Below are positions 49,219 through 56,787 of a stretch of DNA of 64,000 nucleotides, piece by piece. Origin of the DNA: Burkholderiales bacterium (lineage in GTDB: Bacteria > Pseudomonadota > Gammaproteobacteria > Burkholderiales > JACQAP01); NCBI GenBank assembly GCA_046155535.1, contig JBJXFN010000129.1:9659-73658 (forward strand), read 5' to 3'. The position numbers and the translations under genes were made by a program. The notes beneath the pieces are model-generated. The model searched no databases. It was not told where the DNA came from and saw nothing but the letters and a program-made list of their open reading frames with translations. Every line of letters starts with the position of its first letter. Position 1 is the stretch's first letter.

Positions 49219-50915
49219 ACGCGCCCGCCGACATGTCCTTCCCGGTGGCGGCCCTGTTGTCCGCGCAGGATTTGACGCGGGCCCGCTTCGAGGCCACTCG
49301 CAGCCGGCGACGGGTGGTAGAGGTGCTGGAGGAACAACTGGCCCTGCCTGCGGAAGATTTCATCCGGGTACTCGCCGAGGTGTTGGGTTTCGACGTGCTT
49401 CGGATGCAGGACATGCAACGGCTGCAACCCGCCTTCGATCTGTTGCCGTTTGCCGACGCGACGCAATACGAGGTGGCGGCCTTTCGCGACGCGCAGGGTG
49501 AGGCGATCGTGGCAATGGGCGATCCCTTCGATCCGGATCGCCAGGCGTGGGTGCAGGAGCGGGTCCATGCCGCGTTCTCTTTTTGCCTTGCACACCGCAA
49601 CGACATCACCGCCTTTCTGGCGCAGGTCGAGGAAGGCATGCGCGCCATGGACGACGTGGCGATCACCGGCACTGCGGGCGGTGCATCAGGCCATCACGTC
49701 GAGGATCTCTCGCTCAAGGCGATCAGCGAAAACAACAGTCCGGTGGTCAAGGTGGTGAATTCGACCTTGTACGACGCGCTGAAAACCGGGGTCAGCGACA
49801 TCCATCTGGAATCCACCGGCACCGGACTGGCCATCAAATACCGGATCGACGGCGTGCTGGCGCAGGCCGGGGCGGCACAGGGCGCGGAAACCGCTGAACG
49901 GGTGATCTCGCGCATCAAGGTGATGGACGAGCTGGACATCGCCGAGCGCCGGGTGCCCCAGGACGGGCGTTTCAAGGTGTCGGTCAAGGGCAGGGAAGTG
50001 GATTTCCGGGTGTCGATCATGCCGAGCATCTTCGGGGAAGATGCGGTGCTGCGTATCCTCGACAAGCAGGCGCTGGCCGATGAGTTCAAGGGTTTGCGCC
50101 TGGAGGCGCTGGGCGTGGATGCGACTTCCATGGCCTGGTTGCGCAAACTCGCGGCCGAGCCCTACGGCATGCTCCTGGTCACCGGACCCACCGGCAGCGG
50201 AAAAACCACCACGCTGTACGCGATCCTGTCGGAAATTCACCGCGGCCACGACAAGATCATCACCATCGAGGATCCGGTCGAATATCAGTTGCCCGGCATC
50301 CTGCAGATCCCGGTCAACGAAAAAAAAGGGCTCACCTTTGCCCGCGGCCTGCGCTCCATCCTGCGCCACGATCCGGACAAGATCATGGTCGGTGAAATCC
50401 GTGATCCGGAAACCGCGCAGATTGCGGTGCAGTCGGCGCTGACCGGGCACCTGGTGTTTACCACGGTGCATGCAAACAACGTCTTCGATGTGATCGGGCG
50501 GTTCCTGCACATGGGCGTGGACCCCTACAGTTTTGTCGCGGCGTTGAACGGCGTGCTGGCGCAGCGGCTGGTACGGGTCAACTGCCCGCATTGCGCGGAG
50601 CCTGACACGCCGGATGCGCAGCGCCTGGCCGATTCCGGGCTAAGCGTCGAAGCTGTTGCTGGCTTTGCCTTCCAGGCGGGGCGCGGCTGCGGGCATTGCC
50701 GCGGTTCGGGATACCGGGGGCGCAAGGCCATTGCCGAGACGCTGCTGCTCAACGACGAGTTGCGCGAATTGATCGTCGCGCGCCAGCCGATCCGCGTGAT
50801 CAAGGAAGCGGCGCGAAAACTCGGTACGCGCGATCTGCGCGAGGCGGCGCTCGATCTGGTGCGCAGCGGCGAAACCACTCTTTCGGAGATCAATCGTGTC
50901 ACTTTCGTGGCGTGA
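49215..50915 (+). CDS. gspE: GspE/PilB-family secretion ATPase with N-terminal T2SSE_N domain
   Basis: Walker A GPTGSGKTTTLYA. IITIEDPVEYQ, MVGEIRD, tetracysteine CPHC...CGHC. Overlaps the gspF stop. Confidence 0.9.
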   Translation: MNAPADMSFPVAALLSAQDLTRARFEATRSRRRVVEVLEEQLALPAEDFIRVLAEVLGFDVLRMQDMQRLQPAFDLLPFADATQYEVAAFRDAQGEAIVAMGDPFDPDRQAWVQERVHAAFSFCLAHRNDITAFLAQVEEGMRAMDDVAITGTAGGASGHHVEDLSLKAISENNSPVVKVVNSTLYDALKTGVSDIHLESTGTGLAIKYRIDGVLAQAGAAQGAETAERVISRIKVMDELDIAERRVPQDGRFKVSVKGREVDFRVSIMPSIFGEDAVLRILDKQALADEFKGLRLEALGVDATSMAWLRKLAAEPYGMLLVTGPTGSGKTTTLYAILSEIHRGHDKIITIEDPVEYQLPGILQIPVNEKKGLTFARGLRSILRHDPDKIMVGEIRDPETAQIAVQSALTGHLVFTTVHANNVFDVIGRFLHMGVDPYSFVAALNGVLAQRLVRVNCPHCAEPDTPDAQRLADSGLSVEAVAGFAFQAGRGCGHCRGSGYRGRKAIAETLLLNDELRELIVARQPIRVIKEAARKLGTRDLREAALDLVRSGETTLSEINRVTFVA

Positions 50916-51666
50916 GCGGGTGCGCTGCGCCCTGACGCCGCAGGGCGTTGACATGGTGCGATTCGGGCGCGGCTGGAAGCGCCGCGCCGAGGATCGCAAG
51001 TCCGTGCCGGCGTCGGGCGCCGGCTGGCAGCCCGCGCTCGATGCCCTGCGCGAAATGCTCGCGCATCCGGACATCCGGGCCGCGGAAGCCACCGTGGTGT
51101 TGTCGATCTGCTTCACCCGACACCTGGTCCTGCCGTGGGATCCGGCACTGCGCACGGAGCGCGAATTCGCTGCCTATGCGCACGCGCGCTTTGCGCAGAT
51201 TTACGGCGCCGCGGCCGAAGATTGCGAGATCCGGCTCTCCGGCTCCGGTGCCGGCGCGCCGCGGGTGGCGGTCGCGGTGGAGCGTGCCCTGCTGGAGGCC
51301 CTGCATGCGGCTTTTGCGGCTTCGGCATTGCGGTTGACTTCGGTACAGCCGCGACTGATGGAAATCTGGAACAGCTCGCGCGCGGCCATCGACGGGAACG
51401 CCTGGATATCGATCGCGGAACCAGGACGTCTGCTGCTTGGCCTGATTCAGGGGCGCCGGTGGGTGACATTGCGAACCCGGCCGTTGCGCGGGGAGGTCGT
51501 GGCGCTGGGGGATACGCTCGATCAGGAGAGCCTGCTGCTGGGCATCGAAAACCATCACAAGAAGGCATTTGTCCACGAAGAAGGCGGGGTACGTTTCGAC
51601 GCGCAGGATGTCGACATGCGGCCACTGCGCGCATTGACGGTCCCGCCCAACGGAGCGCTCGCATGA
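50896..51666 (+). CDS. Cytoplasmic assembly component (GspL-cyto/PilM-like by position; weak assignment)
   Basis: 256 aa with no TM segment. GTG start overlaps the gspE end. The next gene overlaps by ATGA. Confidence 0.5.
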   Translation: MSLSWRERVRCALTPQGVDMVRFGRGWKRRAEDRKSVPASGAGWQPALDALREMLAHPDIRAAEATVVLSICFTRHLVLPWDPALRTEREFAAYAHARFAQIYGAAAEDCEIRLSGSGAGAPRVAVAVERALLEALHAAFAASALRLTSVQPRLMEIWNSSRAAIDGNAWISIAEPGRLLLGLIQGRRWVTLRTRPLRGEVVALGDTLDQESLLLGIENHHKKAFVHEEGGVRFDAQDVDMRPLRALTVPPNGALA

Positions 51667-52202
51667 TCGGCCGGCTGGAACTGGATTTTTCCCGCACGCA
51701 GGCACGCCATGGGTCTGCCGGCTGGGTTGTACTGGCCGCGGCCTTGCTGCTGGCGTGGAAATGCGTGGATATGTATGCGGTGGCCCGGCACGAGTCCGAC
51801 TTTCTCGAAAGCCGGATCGACCAGCTTCGAAGTCAGGCGGCGGGGCGCGCCGACCAGGCGCCGGCCATGCCCGAGGCGACTCTGCGTGAAATCCGCCAGG
51901 CCAACCAGGTCATCGAACAGATTTCGCTCCCCTGGGAGCGCTTGTTCGGCGCTGTGGAAGCGGCCGCCGGGTCCGGCATCTCCCTTCTGGGCATCGCGCC
52001 AGATCCCCGCAGTGCCACGGTCGAAATCAGCGGCGAAGCGGTGGATCTCTCGGCGATGTTCGACTATGTGAAAACCCTCGAGCGTCAGGGCACGTTGACG
52101 CGGGTGTACTTGCTCAACCATCAGGTCAGTGAACAAGACCCGGACCGCCCGGTCCGCTTCACCCTCTCCGCATCATGGTCGGCCAAATCCCTGCATTCCT
52201 GA
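51663..52202 (+). CDS. Bitopic PilN/GspL-periplasmic-like assembly protein
   Basis: 179 aa. N-terminal TM WVVLAAALLLAWKCVDMYAV followed by a coiled coil and a C-terminal domain. Confidence 0.5.
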   Translation: MIGRLELDFSRTQARHGSAGWVVLAAALLLAWKCVDMYAVARHESDFLESRIDQLRSQAAGRADQAPAMPEATLREIRQANQVIEQISLPWERLFGAVEAAAGSGISLLGIAPDPRSATVEISGEAVDLSAMFDYVKTLERQGTLTRVYLLNHQVSEQDPDRPVRFTLSASWSAKSLHS

Positions 52203-52738
52203 ACTGGCACGCAACGCGTGTCCTTCGCGGGCTGAACTGGCCGTTCGCCCTGGCACTGGTCCTGCTGGCCTTTGCCGCGGCGTTTTATTTTTCCGCGCTG
52301 GCCCCGGTGCAGGCGCACAACACCTCTTTGCACGCACAATTGGAACAGTTGCGCCGTGAACTGGCCGCCAGCCCGGCAAACCCGACGCAGCGGCGCGATG
52401 CCGCCGCCGATCTGGCCGAGTTTTACCGGGCACTCGGCGCGGAAAACGCCACACCTGACTTGCTGCGTGCCCTGCATCGCGCCGCGAAATTGCAAAACCT
52501 CGCTGTGGCCAAATCCGAATACCACCTGGTCGCCGACCCCGGCGGCAAACTGATCCGCTATCAGATCCTGATGCCAGCGCGCGGAAAATATTCGGCTGTG
52601 CGCGGGTTTCTTGCCCAGGCCGGCCGCGACATTCCCGGACTGGCCCTGGATGGCGTGAATTTTCAGCGTCAGCGTATCGGCGAAGAAGCGCTCGACGCGC
52701 AGATCAAGTTCACCCTGTTTCTTGGTGTCGGCGGATGA
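52175..52738 (+). CDS. Bitopic PilO/GspM-like assembly protein
   Basis: 187 aa. TM WPFALALVLLAFAAAFYFSALAP, then coiled coil LHAQLEQLRRELA. Confidence 0.5.
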   Translation: MVGQIPAFLNWHATRVLRGLNWPFALALVLLAFAAAFYFSALAPVQAHNTSLHAQLEQLRRELAASPANPTQRRDAAADLAEFYRALGAENATPDLLRALHRAAKLQNLAVAKSEYHLVADPGGKLIRYQILMPARGKYSAVRGFLAQAGRDIPGLALDGVNFQRQRIGEEALDAQIKFTLFLGVGG

Positions 52739-53292
52739 GTATCGGCACGCGACAGCGCTGGGTTGTGTTGGGCGCCTTGCTTCTGGCCACGCTGACGGCC
52801 GCGGCCTGGGTGAGTGAAGACGAAAAGACCACGTTGGCGGAAGCGGTCGGACACGTGTCGCCTGCTTCGCAAGCGACCGAAGCGCCGCAAAGGTCCGGGT
52901 CGAAACAAAGCGCCGAACCGATGGAAACGCTGCAGATCGAAAAATTGCGCAAGTCGCAGACGGCGCCGATTGCCGGTGATCCCTTCGCGGCCAGGAGCTG
53001 GCGCAAACGCGCCCCGGCGGCAAGGCCGGTGGCGGTGGTTGCCGCGCCGGCGCCGCCCGCCCCGCCCCCGCCCCCGAGCGCACCGCCGCTGCCCTACACC
53101 TATATGGGCAAACTGGTCGACGATGCCGGCATGGCGGTATTCCTGGTGGCGGGTGATCGCAATCTGGTGGTGCGGCAGGGGGAGACTATCGATGCCACCT
53201 ACCACCTGGACAGCGTTTCGGACGCGCGCTTGTTGTTCACGCATTTGCCAACCGGCATCCAGCAATCCTTTCCCATCGGGGAACCGCAGTGA
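52735..53292 (+). CDS. PilP/GspC-like protein (TM, Pro-rich linker, small beta domain)
   Basis: 185 aa. TM WVVLGALLLATLTAAAWV, linker APAPPAPPPPPSAPPLP, C-terminal YMGKLVDDAGMAVFLVAGDRNLVVRQGETID. Confidence 0.5.
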   Translation: MSIGTRQRWVVLGALLLATLTAAAWVSEDEKTTLAEAVGHVSPASQATEAPQRSGSKQSAEPMETLQIEKLRKSQTAPIAGDPFAARSWRKRAPAARPVAVVAAPAPPAPPPPPSAPPLPYTYMGKLVDDAGMAVFLVAGDRNLVVRQGETIDATYHLDSVSDARLLFTHLPTGIQQSFPIGEPQ

Positions 53293-55160
53293 AAAAATAT
53301 GCTCTCACGCATTCCGTTCTGGCCTTGGCGTTGTGGACCCTCGCGGGCGGTTGCGCAACGGACGACGCCTTTTCCCGCGGCAAATCGATGATCGAGGAGG
53401 GGCGGGTCGAAGAAGGTCTGCAGCAGGTCGATACCGTGGCCAGGGCCAATCCGAAGAATGCCGAGTACCGAAGTTATTTCGTGCGCAACCGCGACAACTA
53501 CGTGGACCAGTTGCTGACACAGGGCGACCGGCAGCGCGCGCAGGGCAACCTGGAGGATGCCGCGGTGTTTTACCAGAGGGGGTTGAAGTACGACGAGTCC
53601 CATCCCAGGGCGCAGGCCGGTCTGGCCGCGGTGGCGTCCGGGCAGCGGCAGCGAATTGCCGTGGCAGAGGCCAGGACACTCGCGGAGGCAGGAGACCTGG
53701 AGACGGCGCTGACGAAGCTGCGGGCCGTTCTGGCGGAAAATTCACGGCATGCCGAGGCGCGCGCGCTGGCCCGCGGGTTGCAGGAACAACGCATGAAGAA
53801 ATCGGCGCCAAACGCCACGCTCAAAAGCGCGATGCGAAAACCCGTCACGCTGGAATTCCGGGACGCCCTGCTCAAAAACGTGTTCGACGTGCTCTCGCGC
53901 ACCGCCGGCATCAATTTCGTGTTCGACCGCGACGTGCGGCCGGACATCAAGACCACGTTGTTTCTGCGTAATACGCCGATCGAGGACGCCATCACTTTCC
54001 TGCTGGCCACCAACCAGCTCGAGAAAAAAATCCTCAACGACAATACCCTCCTGGTGTATCCCAACCTGCCGAACAAGCTGAAGGATTATCAGGATCTGAC
54101 GGTGCGCAGTTTTTATCTCGCCAATGCCGACGTCAAACAGACGCTCAATCTGATCAAGACGGTGGTGAAGACCCGGGACGTATTCATCGATGACCGCCTG
54201 AACCTGCTGGTGATGCGCGATACGCCGGAGGCCATCGGACTGGCGGAAAAATTAATCGCGGTGCAGGATCTGGCGGAACCGGAGGTCATCCTCGAGGTGG
54301 AAGTGCTGGAGATCTCCCGAAATCGCCTTCAGGAACTGGGTGTGCGCTGGCCTTCGCAGGTTGGCGTGGGGGTCAATGGCGGCAGTCTGACGTTGTCGCA
54401 GGCGAAGGGCAGCCTGCAGGATCTGACCCAGATCTCCATCACCGATCCGGCGTTCCTGGTGAACTTACGGCAGCAGGATGGCGACACCAATCTGCTGGCC
54501 AATCCGCGAATCCGGGTCAAGAACCGCGAGAAGGCGAAAATCCACATCGGCGACAAACTGCCGGTCATCACCACGACGTCCACGGCCAACGTCGGCGTAT
54601 CGGAGTCGGTCGCTTACCTGGACGTCGGCCTCAAGCTGGATGTCGAGCCAAACGTTTATCTGGAGGACGAGGTGGCGATCAAGGTGGGTCTTGAAGTCAG
54701 CAACATCGTTCAGGAAGTGCGCAGCGCCAACGGCACGCTCACCTACCGCCTCGGGACGCGCAATACGGCCACCACCTTGCGGTTGCGCAATGGCGAGACG
54801 CAGGCACTCGCAGGCCTGATTCAGGACGAAGAGCGAAATTCCGCGGACAAGGTACCCGGCCTGGGAGACCTGCCGGTACTCGGCCGCTTGTTCGGCAGCC
54901 GCAAGGACGAACGCATCAAGACGGAAATTGTTCTGCTCATCACGCCTTACGTCGTGCGCAATATCGAGCGCCCCGACGCTGCCGCCGTGGAGTTTCATTC
55001 CGGCACCGACACGGCCATCGGCAGCCTGCCGTTGAGCCTGCGTAGCGCCGGACCAGGAGCGCTGCCCCAGGCGACACCGGAGGTGCAGGCGGCGCCCCAG
55101 GACGCAACCGCGCCGCAGCCGTTGCCCGAGCTGCCGCCGGCGTCATCGCCGAGTCAGTGA
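53289..55160 (+). CDS. Secretin (GspD/PilQ family) with lipoprotein signal and N-terminal TPR-like region
   Basis: MKKYALTHSVLALALWTLAGGC lipobox. TPR-like helices about aa 30-170. Secretin core NLLANPRIRVKNREKAKIHIGDKLPVITT...PGLGDLPVLGRLFGS...IVLLITPYVV. Confidence 0.85.
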   Translation: MKKYALTHSVLALALWTLAGGCATDDAFSRGKSMIEEGRVEEGLQQVDTVARANPKNAEYRSYFVRNRDNYVDQLLTQGDRQRAQGNLEDAAVFYQRGLKYDESHPRAQAGLAAVASGQRQRIAVAEARTLAEAGDLETALTKLRAVLAENSRHAEARALARGLQEQRMKKSAPNATLKSAMRKPVTLEFRDALLKNVFDVLSRTAGINFVFDRDVRPDIKTTLFLRNTPIEDAITFLLATNQLEKKILNDNTLLVYPNLPNKLKDYQDLTVRSFYLANADVKQTLNLIKTVVKTRDVFIDDRLNLLVMRDTPEAIGLAEKLIAVQDLAEPEVILEVEVLEISRNRLQELGVRWPSQVGVGVNGGSLTLSQAKGSLQDLTQISITDPAFLVNLRQQDGDTNLLANPRIRVKNREKAKIHIGDKLPVITTTSTANVGVSESVAYLDVGLKLDVEPNVYLEDEVAIKVGLEVSNIVQEVRSANGTLTYRLGTRNTATTLRLRNGETQALAGLIQDEERNSADKVPGLGDLPVLGRLFGSRKDERIKTEIVLLITPYVVRNIERPDAAAVEFHSGTDTAIGSLPLSLRSAGPGALPQATPEVQAAPQDATAPQPLPELPPASSPSQ

Positions 55161-55186
55161 TTGCGATCCCAGAGAGCGGTGCAGGC

Positions 55187-55396
55187 GTAAACGGTGATCG
55201 GTAAACGGTGAATGGTGAATGGTGAACGGTAAGCGGCGAACGGTGAACGGTGAATGGTGCAAAGCGAACAAGGCCGGAGGAAGACGGTGACAGGTAATGG
55301 GCATCGTTTGAACGGCGATTCAACAAAGCAGTTTGAGAGGACCAGCGTCGCCTTTTCGAGGCCTCCCCGTTCACCGTTCACCATTCACCGATCACC
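55187..55396. repeat. Tandem-heptamer hairpin element (11 left-arm units GTRANNG; 4 right-arm units)
   Basis: 55187-55263: GTAAACG GTGATCG GTAAACG GTGAATG GTGAATG GTGAACG GTAAGCG GCGAACG GTGAACG GTGAATG GTGCAAA. 55366-55396 CCCGTTCACCGTTCACCATTCACCGATCACC is the complementary arm. Confidence 0.85.
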
Positions 55397-55859
55397 ACAA
55401 GCAGGCTTCACCCTGATCGAGCTCATCATCACCGTGGCCATTGTGGCGATCCTGGCCTCCGTGGCCATGCCGCTCACCCAGCTTGCGATCCAGCGCGGCA
55501 AGGAACAGGAACTGCGCACGGCACTGCGGCAGATCCGGGAGGCAATTGACGCTTACAAACAGGCAACCGACGAAGGACGTGTGGAACGCCCCGCCGACGC
55601 TTCCGGGTACCCCTCGAATCTTGAGGTCCTGGCCGCCGGCGCGGATGACATCAAGATGCCGGTGCGCAAGTCGATCTATTTTCTGCGGCGCATCCCGAGG
55701 GATCCCTTCGCGCCGGAAAACATGCCCGCCGCACAGACCTGGGGCAAGCGCAGTTACGCAAGCCCGCCGGAGGCGCCGCGCGAGGGCGCCGACGTTTTTG
55801 ACGTGTTTTCACTTTCCGAAAAGACCGGCATGAACGGTGTTCCCTACAAAGACTGGTGA
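55254..55859 (+). CDS. GspG-like pseudopilin (second copy); start codon and leader uncertain
   Basis: PQAG/FTLIELIITVAIVAILASVAMP then a GspG-like body ending YKDW. No ATG/GTG/TTG within 32 codons upstream of the G/F site. The ATG at 55254 lies inside the repeat arm. Confidence 0.75.
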   Translation: MVQSEQGRRKTVTGNGHRLNGDSTKQFERTSVAFSRPPRSPFTIHRSPQAGFTLIELIITVAIVAILASVAMPLTQLAIQRGKEQELRTALRQIREAIDAYKQATDEGRVERPADASGYPSNLEVLAAGADDIKMPVRKSIYFLRRIPRDPFAPENMPAAQTWGKRSYASPPEAPREGADVFDVFSLSEKTGMNGVPYKDW

Positions 55860-55991
55860 TCGGTGAACGGTGATTGGTGATCGGTGATTGGTGATGGGAG
55901 AATGGCAACAATTGAACGACAGGCGGTCAAGTCTGCATTCGACGGGCAGGGATAATCTTGTCCGTTCACTGTGCACCATTCACCGTTCGCC
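55856..55991. repeat. Tandem-heptamer hairpin element (6 left-arm units GTGAYNG)
   Basis: 55856-55897: GTGATCG GTGAACG GTGATTG GTGATCG GTGATTG GTGATGG. The first unit contains the stop of the preceding pseudopilin. Complementary arm at 55962-55991: CCGTTCACTGTGCACCATTCACCGTTCGCC. Confidence 0.85.
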
Positions 55992-56358
55992 GGTTCCCGG
56001 CTTCACTCTCATCGAATTGCTCGTGGTGATGTCGATCATCGCGCTGCTCCTCACGCTGGCGGCGCCGCGCTACTTTCACAGCACGGACCGGGCGCGGGAG
56101 GCGGTGTTGAAACAGAATCTGGCGCAAATGCGGGATGCCATCGACAAATTTCACGGCGATCGCGGCCGGTATCCAGACCGCCTCGACGATCTGGTCGAGA
56201 AAAAATATCTGCGCCGGATTCCGACCGATCCCATCACTGATTCGCCGGACTCCTGGGTCCGGATTTCGCCCGATGAAGCACAGTCCGGGGGCGTGTTCGA
56301 CGTGCGCAGCGGCGCACCGGGTACCTCCCTGGATGGAACTGCTTACGCAAGCTGGTGA
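55894..56358 (+). CDS. GspG-like pseudopilin (third copy); start codon and leader uncertain
   Basis: PVPG/FTLIELLVVMSIIALLLTLAAP then DKFHGDRGRYP...ending YASW. The ATG at 55894 lies in the last heptamer. The leader would be about 37 aa. Confidence 0.75.
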   Translation: MGEWQQLNDRRSSLHSTGRDNLVRSLCTIHRSPVPGFTLIELLVVMSIIALLLTLAAPRYFHSTDRAREAVLKQNLAQMRDAIDKFHGDRGRYPDRLDDLVEKKYLRRIPTDPITDSPDSWVRISPDEAQSGGVFDVRSGAPGTSLDGTAYASW

Positions 56359-56787
56359 GTGACTCGCATTGGAAGCGCGTCGGCAGGCAGCGACACTTGA
56401 CCGTCGTGTGCGCACGCGACGGACGAATTGCCTGGATACGAATGGCCCGTCGAGGCCGGTCGCATCGCAACGACGTTCATCACATCTTCACGTATTGGCG
56501 GTAGTCTGCATGAAAACGTGCACACGACTCGCGGGAGTGGTGTGCGAATACTTCAACCACTTGATGCGGACCGGCACAACGATGGTGAAAAGCAGACTGG
56601 ATCAGGCAATTCCGCCCGGCCTGGAAAGTTCGGAGTCTTCCGAGGCGATGCTGGAACACGAGTGGGCCGAATACAATCCTTCGATTGCGATGCTGCTGCG
56701 CCTGGCATTTCCGCTGGAGGAGGAAGACGGCCTTGCCTTCCTGGCTCTGGGCATGGATGTGCCGGGTGAACTGGAAGGCGGCGCGCA

